Assembly: GCA_963713045.1 (NCBI GenBank)
Contig: CAVQKE010000006.1
Location: 32,001 to 96,000, forward strand
DNA from: an uncultured delta proteobacterium
Lineage (GTDB): Bacteria > Myxococcota > Myxococcia > Myxococcales > Myxococcaceae
Direction of reading: 5' to 3'
Length of the DNA stretch: 64,000 nt
Numbering within the stretch: position 1 is the stretch's first letter; the number at the start of each line of letters is the position of its first letter. Below the pieces are notes generated by a model. It searched no databases and was not told the origin of the DNA. It saw only the letters and a program-made list of their open reading frames with translations. Positions 1 to 10,270 of this stretch are shown one piece after another. Position numbers and translations under genes: made by a program.

Positions 1-780
1 TTGTTGGCCTACGAATTGGGCGCGGTGGGCATCGACTGGGACTTCGCCCCGGTGCTGGACGTGGACACCAACCCGGACAACCCGGTCATCGCCGACCGTG
101 CGCTGGCTGACGACGCAGAAGTGGTGGCCCGGCTGGGAGTGGCCTTGGCCGAAGGCCTGGAGGAGGGGGGCGTGGCCTCCTGTGCCAAGCACTTCCCCGG
201 CCACGGCGACACGCACCAGGACAGCCACCAGACGTTGCCCGTCCTCACCCACAGCCTGGAGCGCCTGCGCGCCGTGGAGCTCCTCCCGTTTCGCCGCTAC
301 GCGGAGGCCGGCTTGGCCTCGGTGATGACGGCCCACGTGCGCTTTTCGGCCCTGGGGGACAACCGGCCGGCGAGCGTCAGTCGCCGCGCCCTGACCGACG
401 TGCTGCGGGGGGAACTCGGCTTTCGCGGCGTGTGCGTTTCGGACGACCTCGAGATGAAGGCCATCTCGGAAGGGATGGGCGTCGAGGAGGCGACGGTGGA
501 GGGGGCCCGGGCCGGGGTGGACGTCTTTTTGGTGTGTGAGAGGGCGGAGGTGCAGCGCCGTTGTTTAGAGACGCTGGTGCGGGCGGTGGAAGCCGGCCGT
601 GTCTCGCGAGAGAGAATTGCCGAGGCGCACCGTCGCATCGACGTCCTGGTGGCACGCTTTTCCCATCCGCCGGGAGCTCGCCTCGGCGTGCTGGGCAGTG
701 CCGACCACCGACGGCTGGCGGAGGGACTGACCGCAACGACGGCCGGCGGCGACCCCACCGAGCGAAGCGCGGTCAGCTGA
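1..780 (+). CDS. nagZ: Beta-N-acetylhexosaminidase (GH3), 5' end truncated by the window edge
   Basis: Contains FAPVLDV, the NagZ signature KHFPGHGDTHQDSH, VMTAH and SDDLEM. Confidence 0.9.
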   Translation: MLAYELGAVGIDWDFAPVLDVDTNPDNPVIADRALADDAEVVARLGVALAEGLEEGGVASCAKHFPGHGDTHQDSHQTLPVLTHSLERLRAVELLPFRRYAEAGLASVMTAHVRFSALGDNRPASVSRRALTDVLRGELGFRGVCVSDDLEMKAISEGMGVEEATVEGARAGVDVFLVCERAEVQRRCLETLVRAVEAGRVSRERIAEAHRRIDVLVARFSHPPGARLGVLGSADHRRLAEGLTATTAGGDPTERSAVS

Positions 781-803
781 AGCACCGAAAGTGCCTGGGC
801 CCC

Positions 804-2243
804 GTGTCCGCTCACACCTTCCACCTCGCCTGGTACCTGGTCTTCGGCTCGCTCGAGGTGGCGGGCCTGCTACTCGCCATCCGTGCGGTGTTGGTGACAC
901 GGACGGCGCAGGGCGCCATCGCCTGGGCGCTCGCACTTCTCACCATTCCGGCGGTGGCCATCCCGCTGTATTTGGTGTTTGGCCGAAACCGCTTCCAGGG
1001 CTACCTGGAGGCGGTCCGCTCGCAGTCGGTGGAGCACCTGGCAGAGGTGCAGGCCAGCGTCGAACGCATCCGCGCCTTCTGCCGCCCGATGCCCGGGCGA
1101 TGGGAGGAGGCGCTGCACGTCCTCAACCGCCTCGCCCGGACGCCCTGCACCAGCGGCAACCAGGTCGAACTGCTCATCGATGGCGAGGCGACCTTCGCCG
1201 CCATCTTCGCCGCCGTCGCCCGTGCGCAACACTACGTGCTGGTGCAGTTTTACATCCTCCGCGACGACAACATCGGCCGCGCCCTTCAAGCAGTCCTCCT
1301 CGAGCGGGCCCGCGCTGGGGTCCGGGTGTACGTGCTGTACGACGAGATTGGCTCCCTCTCCCTGCCCAGTCACTACCTTCAGGAGTTGCGGGCGGCCGGG
1401 GTGCAGACCTCCGCCTTTCAAACCACCCGCGGCCGGCAAAACCGCTTCCAGCTCAACTTCCGCAACCACCGCAAGGTGGTGGTGGTGGATGGGAAAAAGG
1501 CCTTTACCGGCGGCCTCAACGTCGGTGACGAATACCTCGGTCGCAGCCGGCGGTTCGGGCACTGGCGCGACACCCAGCTCGGCCTCGAGGGCCCGGCGGT
1601 GCAAGCCGTGCAGCTGGCGTGGATGGCCGACTGGTACTGGGCCACCCGGGAGCTGCCCGAGTTGCAATGGGAGCCCGCCCCAGCATCGCAGGGCGACGTC
1701 CCGGCCTTTATTTTCGCCACCGGGCCGGCCGATGCCGAGTCGCGGCTTCAGCTTTTCTTCATGCACTGCCTCAGCGTGGCCAAGAAACGGGCTTGGTTCG
1801 CCAACCCGTACTTTGTTCCGGATGGCGCGGTGTTTGAGACGATGCGGCTGGCCGCACTGCGGGGCGTCGACGTCCGGTTGCTGCTGCCCGAGAGGAACGA
1901 CTCCAAAATCATTGAATTGGCCGCCTTTTCCTTTCTCGAAGCAGCCGAGCGGTCCGGCATCCGGACGCTCCTTTACCGGGACGGCTTTCTGCACCAGAAG
2001 GTGATGCTCATCGACGATGCCTTGGCCTCGGTCGGGTCGGCCAACCTGGACAACCGTTCGATGAGGCTCAACTTCGAGCTCACCACCCTCATCGTCGATG
2101 TGGCCTTTGCCGCCCAGGTGGAGGCCATGCTGCTGCAGGACTTCGCTCGCGCCCGGCCGGTGAGCGCGGCGCAGGTGCAGTCTCGCGGCTGGCCCTACCG
2201 CTTCTCGGTGAGGGCGGCGCGGCTGCTTTCGCCCATCCTCTAG
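804..2243 (+). CDS. cls: Cardiolipin synthase (phospholipase D family)
   Basis: Two HKD motifs (RNHRKVVVVDG; HQKVMLIDD...GSANLDNRS) and two N-terminal TM helices. Start moved to the in-frame GTG at 804, just after the nagZ stop. Confidence 0.92.
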   Translation: MSAHTFHLAWYLVFGSLEVAGLLLAIRAVLVTRTAQGAIAWALALLTIPAVAIPLYLVFGRNRFQGYLEAVRSQSVEHLAEVQASVERIRAFCRPMPGRWEEALHVLNRLARTPCTSGNQVELLIDGEATFAAIFAAVARAQHYVLVQFYILRDDNIGRALQAVLLERARAGVRVYVLYDEIGSLSLPSHYLQELRAAGVQTSAFQTTRGRQNRFQLNFRNHRKVVVVDGKKAFTGGLNVGDEYLGRSRRFGHWRDTQLGLEGPAVQAVQLAWMADWYWATRELPELQWEPAPASQGDVPAFIFATGPADAESRLQLFFMHCLSVAKKRAWFANPYFVPDGAVFETMRLAALRGVDVRLLLPERNDSKIIELAAFSFLEAAERSGIRTLLYRDGFLHQKVMLIDDALASVGSANLDNRSMRLNFELTTLIVDVAFAAQVEAMLLQDFARARPVSAAQVQSRGWPYRFSVRAARLLSPIL

Positions 2244-4114
2244 CTGCCCTGAAGTTCCTTGGTCTTCTGCTCCGCGTTGAGGCGCAGCATCCGGCGGATG
2301 TCGGGAGGCAAGTGGGTGTCGTTGACCACCGTCTGCAGCACTTTGCGATAGCAGCGCAGCGCTTCGTCGCGCTTCCCCGCCGCCAGGTAGGCCTCAGCCA
2401 GGCTGTCCCAGGCGTTGGGGGAAGTTGGGTACAGCTCGCTGTTCAGTTTGAAAATGGCCAGGGCCTTGTCCGCCGAACGGGCTTGAATCTGGTAGCCCAG
2501 GTCATTGAGGCGCAGCTCGGCAACGGCTGGGTCGGTGCCGTCCAGTTGCTTCAGTCGCCGGTACTCGTCCAGGGCCGCGTCCACCTTGCCGGCGAGCAGC
2601 AGCTGCAACGGCACTTGCTCCGCCGCGGTGACGCGAAGGCCCGTCTCCTCCGTCAGCAGCGTCTTGGCGGTGACGCCGGCGGCGTCGAAGGTGAAGCGCG
2701 TCATCGGGTCCAGGCGCACATACTCGCCGGACTCGAGCGGCCACAATTCGAAGGCCTCTGCCAGCAGCGGCTGCGCCTTGAGGGCGCCATGGCTGGGGGT
2801 GACGACCAGAATGGAGTCGGACCCGAAGCGGTAACGCCCGGCCAGCCTGCGAAGCTGCTCTTCGGTGGGATGGCCCCGTTTGGCATGCGGTGCGGCCAGC
2901 TCCGTCCACCGGTAGACGTCGGCCGCGCCGCGCGCAATCTCATCGGCCAGCTTCCCCCCGCCGTCACCGTTGGTCATCACCACCAGCCCGTAGCCGGATG
3001 CCTCGCTGGCCACCAGCAGCGCCCGAAACCCGTCGGTCCCGTTGGGCTGCTCGAGCGTGATGTGCGCGAAGGTTCCCTTGCCCCGCTGGTCGACGAAGAG
3101 GCCGAGCGCGTTGCCCGAGGAGAGCCCGAAGGTGCTGCCGCTGTCCGCGGCCGCGGCGGTGAGCATCCGCTTGGCCAAGGGGGCCGGCAACAGCGCGCCC
3201 GTTCTGCCGAGGTAGGACTGCTGCACCGCGATGGCAAACTGGGCCAGGTCCGACGGCGTGGTCCACAGGCCGACGGCCGCCAACTCCGGGTAGACGTGCC
3301 ATTTGCCAGGCAACGGCACCCCGTCGGCGCTGTAGCCGGTGGCGGCCCGGGCGGCGAGCTCTGCGCTGAGCGGCTGTTCGAAGAAGCTGTCCTGCATTCC
3401 GGCCGGAATCAGGACGGTGGTTCGGACCAGCGCCGGGAAGGTTTCTGCGGTGGTGTCCTCGAGGAGTTGCTGGACAATCTCATAGCCGCCACCTGAATAG
3501 CGGAAGTCGGCGCCCGGCTCGACGTCGACCCGCACCGGCTGGTTGTTCGCCGGGGGATGGCCTTCCAAAATCTCGCGCAGCGTCGGCAGGGTCGCTCCCG
3601 GCGGGTACCCCTCGAAGCCCCCCACGCTGATGCCGGCGGTGTGGTTGAGGAGCCGCTCCAAGGTGACGCCATGGGTGAAGGGCCCCTCGGGGAGTTTCCA
3701 GCTTTTGAGCAGCGAATTCACCGGCGCCCGGAGCGAGAGGCGGCCTTGGTCGACCAGCCGCAGCGCCGCCAGGGCCGTCACCGGTTTGCTCAGCGAGGCC
3801 GCCTGGAAGAGGGTTTTGGGCGTCACCGGCGCCTTGGAGGTGACGTCCAGCACACCGTAGCCGCGGGCCCAAGCAAGACGCCCGTCGAGGATGAGCGCGA
3901 TGCTGACCCCAGGGACGTGGTAGTGGCGCATCCTCTCTTCCAGCGTCCAGGGCGGCACTCCCTCCACCACCAAGCCGGGCAGCAAGCTGTGCTCCAGCGC
4001 GGCGGGCGGGGGGGAGGCCGGCGCCGAAGGCGCCGCAGCGACGGACGCGGGGACGGAAGCGGCGGCCAGCAACGTGAGGAGGAGGTGGAGGCCCTTCGGT
4101 TGTGAAAGCGTCAT
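2240..4114 (-). CDS. Secreted serine hydrolase (AmpC/beta-lactamase-like) with C-terminal TPR repeats
   Basis: Signal-peptide-like N-terminus, FQAASLSK (SxxK), LLNHTAG and FRYSGGG motifs, then a TPR-like tail (NAWDSLAEAY). ATG at 4114 chosen. Confidence 0.85.
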   Translation of the reverse strand: MTLSQPKGLHLLLTLLAAASVPASVAAAPSAPASPPPAALEHSLLPGLVVEGVPPWTLEERMRHYHVPGVSIALILDGRLAWARGYGVLDVTSKAPVTPKTLFQAASLSKPVTALAALRLVDQGRLSLRAPVNSLLKSWKLPEGPFTHGVTLERLLNHTAGISVGGFEGYPPGATLPTLREILEGHPPANNQPVRVDVEPGADFRYSGGGYEIVQQLLEDTTAETFPALVRTTVLIPAGMQDSFFEQPLSAELAARAATGYSADGVPLPGKWHVYPELAAVGLWTTPSDLAQFAIAVQQSYLGRTGALLPAPLAKRMLTAAAADSGSTFGLSSGNALGLFVDQRGKGTFAHITLEQPNGTDGFRALLVASEASGYGLVVMTNGDGGGKLADEIARGAADVYRWTELAAPHAKRGHPTEEQLRRLAGRYRFGSDSILVVTPSHGALKAQPLLAEAFELWPLESGEYVRLDPMTRFTFDAAGVTAKTLLTEETGLRVTAAEQVPLQLLLAGKVDAALDEYRRLKQLDGTDPAVAELRLNDLGYQIQARSADKALAIFKLNSELYPTSPNAWDSLAEAYLAAGKRDEALRCYRKVLQTVVNDTHLPPDIRRMLRLNAEQKTKELQGS

Positions 4115-4242
4115 TCGGTCGGGGAGGGAACCTCTATCACCGTTCTGGGTTGCATCTCGATGGCAAAGGTGGCTCGGATGCACCCCTCCGGGGGCGGTAG
4201 ACAGGTGTCATTCGCTTCCCGGCAACCTTGGGGAGGACGTTC

Positions 4243-4827
4243 ATGACAGCCGAACCGAAAACCGTAGGTCAGGAGATTCGAACCAACGCCGGGTGGACCA
4301 TCGCCGCCGGGGTGCTGCTCATCGTCGCTGGCATCTTGGCCCTCTGCGCGCCGTTCATCGCCGCCGTCACCGTCAGCCTCGTCGTCGGCTGGGCGATGAT
4401 TTTTGGGGGAATCGCGCAGGCCGTCTACGCCTTCAGCACCAAGGACAGCACCGGCCACATCATCTGGAAGGTGCTCCTGGCCATCCTCTACGTGGCGACC
4501 GGGGTCTACATCCTCATCTACCCCGGCGCGGGCGTGGTGGCACTGGCCTTTGTGCTGGGCTGGATGCTGCTCGTCGAGGCCGTGCTGCTGGCGATTCTCG
4601 CCTTCCAGGTGCGGCCACTCTCGGGCTGGGGCCTGTGGCTCTTCGATGCCATCGTCACCCTGGCGCTGGCCATCTTCATCCTCGTCAACTGGCCCGGTAA
4701 TTCCTACGTCATCCTCTCGGCCTTCGTCGGGGTGAGCATGATTTTCAGCGGTGTCAGTCGGTTGATTTTCGGCGCCACCGTGCGCTCGGCCGTCCCCACC
4801 CCGCCCACCCAGGCCAAGGCCTCTTAA
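4243..4827 (+). CDS. HdeD/DUF308 family membrane protein
   Basis: Six short hydrophobic helices in the repeated DUF308 pattern; GGAGGA RBS upstream of ATG 4243. Confidence 0.85.
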   Translation: MTAEPKTVGQEIRTNAGWTIAAGVLLIVAGILALCAPFIAAVTVSLVVGWAMIFGGIAQAVYAFSTKDSTGHIIWKVLLAILYVATGVYILIYPGAGVVALAFVLGWMLLVEAVLLAILAFQVRPLSGWGLWLFDAIVTLALAIFILVNWPGNSYVILSAFVGVSMIFSGVSRLIFGATVRSAVPTPPTQAKAS

Positions 4828-6119
4828 CGCTTCTCCAACACCTGCAGTGCAAGCAGGACGGCCAGCGACAGCTGGACGGAGGCCTCAGGCCGTTTGGCCA
4901 GGGCGATGAGTTCGGCCACCGTCCGGCTGCCGTCGGCGGCTGGTAACAGTTCGCTCTCCCAGGTCTCCAAGCCGATGTCGCGCGTCGGGTAAATGGGCTG
5001 GCGCGAGGGGACCAGTCGGTCCTCCAGCGCCAGCAGTCGACGCACCCGCTCTGGCTTGTACAGCTTCTTCATTCCCCGGACGATGAGGGTGGCCGGATGG
5101 ACGTCCAGCTTCAGCACCTCCTGGCGGGTGGGCTCCCCGAAACTCATCACATAGCTGCCGTCGTCCCAGGCGAAGAGTGAGTAGATGATGGCCTTCACCT
5201 GCTGGCCCAGGTAGTACTGACGGTCGGCATCGGTCAGAACTTCGCGCTCCACCAGCACGTCTCCGGTGCGTCGCCCCGAGCGCTGGGCCACCTGGGCGGC
5301 GTCGGCCAGCTGCTCCGGGCGCACTCGGCCGGTGCGCACCAGGAATTGGCCGAAGCGGTCGGCCAACAGGTTGGACAGCGCGAACACTGGCTGGCCGCGC
5401 TCGAAGAAGACGACTTTCTTCACCGCGCCCTTCTGGACGCCGAGCTCACCCGTCTCGCCGGAAAGGAAGAAGGCGGAAATGAGAGACGGCAGGTTGTCGC
5501 GCAACTCGCCGCGCCGCAGCTTCAGGGCCGGCGGCGTGGACCGGGAAATGGTCAACGGGCGCCGCACGCCAGGGTCGGAGCCCTTGCGCATGGAGGAGGC
5601 CCGCAGCGCTTTCCCCGTCAATTCCACCGGGCCGGAAGCGCCGCTCACCTGCACCCGGCCACTCAACTCCATGGTGTCCGGCGGCTCGTCTTCTTCGATG
5701 TCGATGTCCAGCTCGACTTCGAAGTCCTCGGCGGCAGCCTGACGCGGTGGCCCCGGTGGGACCAGGGCCCGGACGGCCTCCAGCAGCTTCTTCGACTCGA
5801 AGGGCTTCTCGAAGTACGCCGCCGCCCCATGCTTGTTGCGTCCCTCGAGCGCGTGCTTTCCGCCCTTGAAGACGCCGGTGACAAAAATGTAGGGGACGCC
5901 CGGGTGCTCGCGTCGCAGCGCCTCGGCCACGCCGTACCCCATCAAGTCCGGAAGCAGGATGTCGAGCAGCGCCAGCGCAGGCGGCTGCGTCCGCAGCAGT
6001 TCCAACGCCTGGCGGCCCTTGGTGGCTCCCAGCACGTCGTAGCCTGCGTCCTCCAGAAGGTGCGTCAGCAGCGACAGCAGCTCGACGTTGTCGTCGACGA
6101 CGAGAATGCGTGGGCGCAT
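4824..6119 (-). CDS. Response regulator: N-terminal receiver domain plus DUF4388-like domain
   Basis: Receiver motifs ILVVDD, LDILLPD, VTG, EKPF; acidic linker; C-terminal region ETGEL...KVVFFERG...FGQFLV...LFAWDDGSY typical of myxobacterial DUF4388 proteins. Confidence 0.8.
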   Translation of the reverse strand: MRPRILVVDDNVELLSLLTHLLEDAGYDVLGATKGRQALELLRTQPPALALLDILLPDLMGYGVAEALRREHPGVPYIFVTGVFKGGKHALEGRNKHGAAAYFEKPFESKKLLEAVRALVPPGPPRQAAAEDFEVELDIDIEEDEPPDTMELSGRVQVSGASGPVELTGKALRASSMRKGSDPGVRRPLTISRSTPPALKLRRGELRDNLPSLISAFFLSGETGELGVQKGAVKKVVFFERGQPVFALSNLLADRFGQFLVRTGRVRPEQLADAAQVAQRSGRRTGDVLVEREVLTDADRQYYLGQQVKAIIYSLFAWDDGSYVMSFGEPTRQEVLKLDVHPATLIVRGMKKLYKPERVRRLLALEDRLVPSRQPIYPTRDIGLETWESELLPAADGSRTVAELIALAKRPEASVQLSLAVLLALQVLEKR

Positions 6120-6367
6120 GGTGGCCTGTGCAAGGTTAATCGGCCGTTCGGCTGCCGTCCTGTCCAACCTTTCGGTGGGTGCGAGGCCCACACCGGCAGG
6201 CTTCAGCGAGGAAAGGCGCCACTGCCGCCCGCGACCTCACACGCCCAAGGCTGAAAAAGGGCCCCACCCTGCCAGCCCACAGTCTGGCCACCCTTGGCCA
6301 GAAGCCTCTGGCGGCCGAGCACGGGCGCCGGGGGGGGCGGCTGCCTCCCCGGCGGGCAGCGGCGTGG

Positions 6368-6396
6368 TTGCTTTCCCAACGCCGGCTGGCTAGGCA
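6368..6396 (+). promoter_or_regulatory. Putative sigma70-type promoter for proS
   Basis: TTGCTT-N17-TAGGCA about 40 nt upstream of the proS ATG. Confidence 0.3.
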
Positions 6397-6438
6397 GCCC
6401 AGCTTCGTTGCTGGTGGAAGAAGGGACGCGTCGAACCG

Positions 6439-7866
6439 ATGGCCGAGAAGCTGTTAGCGCGGGAGAAGGGCTTCTCCGAGTGGTACGTGGACCTGGTTCT
6501 CAAGGCCAAGCTGGCCGACTACTCGGACGTCAAGGGCTGCATGGTGATTCGTCCCAACGGCTACGCGCTGTGGGAAAACATGCAGCGGGTGCTGGACCGG
6601 ATGTTCCGGGAGACCGGCCACCGCAACGCCTACTTCCCGCTCCTCATCCCGGAAAGCTTCCTGCGCAAGGAAGCCGAGCACGTCGAAGGGTTCGCGCCCC
6701 AGCTGGCGGTGGTGACGCACGCCGGAGGCAAGAAGCTGGAGGAGCCCTACGTCATCCGGCCGACCTCGGAGACCATCATCAATTCGATGTTCGCCCGGTG
6801 GATTCACAGTTACCGCGACCTGCCGATGCTTCTCAACCAGTGGGCCAACGTCATCCGTTGGGAGATGCGCACCCGCCTCTTTCTGCGCACCAGCGAATTC
6901 CTCTGGCAGGAGGGACACACCTGCCACGAGACGGCGGAGGAGGCCGAGGCCGAAACGCTCAGGATGTTGGAGGTGTACCGCCGCTTCGCTGAGGACTACA
7001 TGGCGATGCCGGTGCTGGCGGGGCCTAAGTCAGAGTCCGAGAAATTCGCCGGGGCGGTGCGCACCTACTCCATCGAAGCGATGATGCAGGACAAGAAGGC
7101 GCTTCAGGCCGGTACCAGCCACAACCTCGGGCAGAATTTCTCCCGGGCATTCAACACTGCCTTCCAGGGCCGCGATGGGCAGCAGCACCACGTGTGGCAA
7201 ACCTCGTGGGGAGTCTCCACCCGTCTCATCGGCGCCCTCATCCTGACCCACTCCGACGACGCCGGGTTGGTGGTGCCGCCGAAGCTTGCCGCCACCCACG
7301 TCGCGTTGGTCGTCATCGGCAAAGGCGAAGAGCGCGGCCCGGTGGTGGAGCGGGCCCAGGCCCTGGCCGCGGACCTCCGGCGCGCAGGACTGTCCGTCCT
7401 CGTCGACGACGACGACGGCAAGAGCCCTGGCTTCAAGTACTACGAATACGAACTGACCGGCGCGTGCCTGCGGCTGGAGCTGGGGCCCAAGGACTTGGCC
7501 AAGGGCCAGGCGGTGCTGGTGCGGCGCGACGACCGGGCCAAGCTGACCGTCCCTCTCGACGCCGTGGTGGCCCAGGCACAGGCCATGCTTGAGGCCATGC
7601 AGAGCGCTCTTCTGAGGCGCGCCAAGGAATTCCGGGCCGCCCACACCTTCGAAGTGAATAGCCTGGAAGAGATGAAGGCCCGCGCTGACGACGGCTTCCT
7701 GTTGGCCCACTGGTGCGAGAACCCAGCGTGCGAGGCCCTGATGAAAGAGGAGACCGGAGGGGTGACAACCCGCAACCGGCCGTTTGACTTGGCGCAAGAG
7801 CCGGGCCGGTGCGCGGTGTGCGGCCAGCCTTCGCCCGGCCGGATGGTGTTTTCCAAGGCCTACTAG
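6439..7866 (+). CDS. proS: Proline--tRNA ligase, archaeal/eukaryote-like type (no INS editing domain)
   Basis: [41 protein letters not shown] and SWGVSTR motifs; C-terminal Cys pairs; ends FSKAY. Confidence 0.97.
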   Translation: MAEKLLAREKGFSEWYVDLVLKAKLADYSDVKGCMVIRPNGYALWENMQRVLDRMFRETGHRNAYFPLLIPESFLRKEAEHVEGFAPQLAVVTHAGGKKLEEPYVIRPTSETIINSMFARWIHSYRDLPMLLNQWANVIRWEMRTRLFLRTSEFLWQEGHTCHETAEEAEAETLRMLEVYRRFAEDYMAMPVLAGPKSESEKFAGAVRTYSIEAMMQDKKALQAGTSHNLGQNFSRAFNTAFQGRDGQQHHVWQTSWGVSTRLIGALILTHSDDAGLVVPPKLAATHVALVVIGKGEERGPVVERAQALAADLRRAGLSVLVDDDDGKSPGFKYYEYELTGACLRLELGPKDLAKGQAVLVRRDDRAKLTVPLDAVVAQAQAMLEAMQSALLRRAKEFRAAHTFEVNSLEEMKARADDGFLLAHWCENPACEALMKEETGGVTTRNRPFDLAQEPGRCAVCGQPSPGRMVFSKAY

Positions 7867-7890
7867 TCTGTTGGGCCGCCCGACAAACTA
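7864..7890. terminator. Hairpin after proS, between convergent genes
   Basis: TAGTCTGTTGGG-CCG-CCCGACAAACTA forms an imperfect 12-bp stem; no U-tract. Confidence 0.35.
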
Positions 7891-7955
7891 GCGGACGACG
7901 AGCGGCTGGTTCCCGAGGCGGGCGGCGGTGCGCAACCCGGGGGGGGGGGCGGCGG

Positions 7956-9473
7956 CTACCAAGGGCCGGTGTTGCGCAAAAGCACCACCTCGCCCCGGTG
8001 CCCTTTGGTGGCCGGGTAGTACAGCAGCATGTCGCTGCGGCCCTTCCGGTCGAGGTCCACCGACTCGAGCCGTCCCACCGCGCGCACCGGGATGCGCGCC
8101 GAGGCGTCGTCTGCAAACAGTGTCCCGTGCCCTCCCAAGAAGATGGAGAGTTCCTCGTCCCCAGTCCCGAAGGCCAAGTCGACGCGTTTGTCGCCGTTGT
8201 AGTCGCCGAACATGTCGATGGCCTGAATGTCGGCGACGCCGGACAGGTTGAGGGTGAAGCTGAGCTCGCGCTCGGCCGCGGGCGTCTCGGCGAAGCGCCG
8301 CTTGGCCGGCTCAAACGGGAAGACTTGGAAGTTGATGCTCAGCGTCCGGTTGAGGAGGATTTTGACGATGGCGAAGATGCCGATGTTGACCGAAGGCACC
8401 ACCAAGTCCGGCCGTCCGTCGCCGGTGACGTCAAACAACTCGACGTCCGTCCCGGTAGCGCCTTCCCCTTTGAGGACTTGGTCCGGTGCCTGGGCGTAGG
8501 GACCGCCCTTGCGGCCGAAGAAGACGTAGGTGGTGGTGGTGACCGAGGCCAGCCCGCGCGCCACCAGCTTGCGCACCACCAAGTCCGCAATGCCGTCCCC
8601 GTCCACGTCACTGACCGTGACCGAGGCCTGCGTCCCCGTCTCTTTCAATTCCTCGAGAGTGCGCACCGCAAAGTCACGCCGAAAGCTGGGCGCGTTGGAG
8701 AAGGTGAAGCCAGGGGACTGACGGTAGACAGCGATGCGGTCCTCCATCGTCGCCACCACGTCCATCAGCCCGTCGCCGTCCACGTCGGCCACGTAAAGGG
8801 AGGGAAAGGAAAAGGCCAGTCGGTAGTAGGGAACGCTGCCGGTGCGCGGTCGGTCCAAACGCCGCATTTGGTCGCCGGCACTGAAACCGGCTTGCACGTC
8901 CAGCGCCAGGTCAGCCACGCGGACGTAGTGCCCGTCGCCCTGGCGTTTGTAGAGGCCCAAGCTGCTGGGGCCGGGGACAAGCAGTTCCCTGCTGCCGGGC
9001 GCGCTGACGTCCTCCACGATGCGCAGCCGTGGCATTTGGCCCGGGGCCGGGCGGCTGAAGGCGGTGGGCTGCTCCACCAGCGTCACCGGCGCACCGGGCA
9101 GCTGGCCATGGAAGCTGAGCGAGAGGACACCGGTGGGAGTCAGCAACAACAACTCGTCCCCGGGCTGACCGTCGACATCGGCCACGTCAAACCCGAAGGC
9201 CTGCACGTCGTCCATGCTGAGCGCCAAGTCGGGCGCCGTCCCAAACACGCCATCGCGATTCCAGAAGACGGCCAGCGAGCGCTTGGTGCTGGGGCCTACG
9301 CCGCTGGTGTAGCCCACCAGGATGTCCAGCTTTCCGTCCCCATCCAAATCGGCGGCAGTGACGACCACGACGTCTCCCAGGACTTGCAGCTTCTTCATCT
9401 CGAAGCGCTGAGGCTCCGCCTGGGCGGAGAGAGCAGTCAGCAGTCCGTAGACGAATAGGGCGCGGCCTCTCAA
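7956..9473 (-). CDS. Secreted FG-GAP/VCBS-repeat (integrin-alpha-like beta-propeller) protein
   Basis: About eight DxDGDG-type loops (DLDGDGKLD, DVDGQPGDE, DVDGDGLMD, DVDGDGIAD, DVTGDGRPD, DYNGDKRVD, DLDRKGRSD and a degenerate DVSAPGSRE); signal peptide ending AQA. TTG start at 9473 overlaps the upstream TGA (TTGA). Confidence 0.85.
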   Translation of the reverse strand: MRGRALFVYGLLTALSAQAEPQRFEMKKLQVLGDVVVVTAADLDGDGKLDILVGYTSGVGPSTKRSLAVFWNRDGVFGTAPDLALSMDDVQAFGFDVADVDGQPGDELLLLTPTGVLSLSFHGQLPGAPVTLVEQPTAFSRPAPGQMPRLRIVEDVSAPGSRELLVPGPSSLGLYKRQGDGHYVRVADLALDVQAGFSAGDQMRRLDRPRTGSVPYYRLAFSFPSLYVADVDGDGLMDVVATMEDRIAVYRQSPGFTFSNAPSFRRDFAVRTLEELKETGTQASVTVSDVDGDGIADLVVRKLVARGLASVTTTTYVFFGRKGGPYAQAPDQVLKGEGATGTDVELFDVTGDGRPDLVVPSVNIGIFAIVKILLNRTLSINFQVFPFEPAKRRFAETPAAERELSFTLNLSGVADIQAIDMFGDYNGDKRVDLAFGTGDEELSIFLGGHGTLFADDASARIPVRAVGRLESVDLDRKGRSDMLLYYPATKGHRGEVVLLRNTGPW

Positions 9474-10270
9474 GAGGAGATGTCCTTTCGCCCCAACAGC
9501 CACCCCCCGGCGGACAGCAGTCCCAAAAGCCACAGCGCAAACACCACCAGCGCCCGTGGCGCCACCTCCGTCGCATGCCGACTGGCCAGCCCTTGGGCCA
9601 GTTGCACCACCCGGTCCAGCCCGGCAGTGAGAAACGTCGTCGGCATCAGCCCTTCCAGCTTCGGCCAACGGCCGAAAGCCAGCAGGGCGGCGCCCAGCAG
9701 GGCCGTCGAGGCCACCGCAGGGGCGGGACGTCCCCAGGCCATGCCCAACAGCCCCCCCACGGCCACCGCCACCGTCAAGCCGAAGGCGGACGTGGCGACG
9801 GCCGCGGCCAGCTGGATGAGAAGCGTGCTTCGCGCCGCCAGCACGTAGTCCCCTTCGGTGGCGGCCAACAGCCCGAAGCGGGCCCACCCCACCACCAGGG
9901 CGCCAACACAGGCGGCAGCAAACGCCCAGGCCAAGGCGCTGCCCAGCGCACCCAGCCGCGCTGTCCACCAGGCGGTGCGGCCCACCGGACGGCAGAGTGC
10001 GGTGCGTGCCACCCCCGAGGCAAAGTCCGCACCGACGGCGCTGGCCGCCCACAGCGCACCCACTGCCGCCGCGGTGGTGGCCGCGCCGGCGGCGCCGGCG
10101 GCAGCCAGGTAGAAGCCATTCGGCGCACCAAACAGGCCGCGCTCGGCGGCAACGCCCAAGCTGAAGGCGTACGCCCCGGCCAGCACCGCCGCCAACGGCA
10201 GCAGCCAGGCGGAGCGCCGGGTGGCAAGCCGTAGCCACTCGGCGCGGTAGGCGCCCACCCAGCCCCTCAT
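9470..10270 (-). CDS. ABC-2 type exporter permease
   Basis: About six hydrophobic segments; AEWLRL and DFASGVARTALCRPVGR motifs typical of ABC-2 permeases; ATGA overlap with the ATPase. Confidence 0.85.
   Translation of the reverse strand: MRGWVGAYRAEWLRLATRRSAWLLPLAAVLAGAYAFSLGVAAERGLFGAPNGFYLAAAGAAGAATTAAAVGALWAASAVGADFASGVARTALCRPVGRTAWWTARLGALGSALAWAFAAACVGALVVGWARFGLLAATEGDYVLAARSTLLIQLAAAVATSAFGLTVAVAVGGLLGMAWGRPAPAVASTALLGAALLAFGRWPKLEGLMPTTFLTAGLDRVVQLAQGLASRHATEVAPRALVVFALWLLGLLSAGGWLLGRKDISS

Noticed and set aside
6400..6438. T-box leader upstream of proS
   Set aside because: GGTGGAA is not followed by ACC/CG, and I see no specifier stem or terminator/antiterminator pair.
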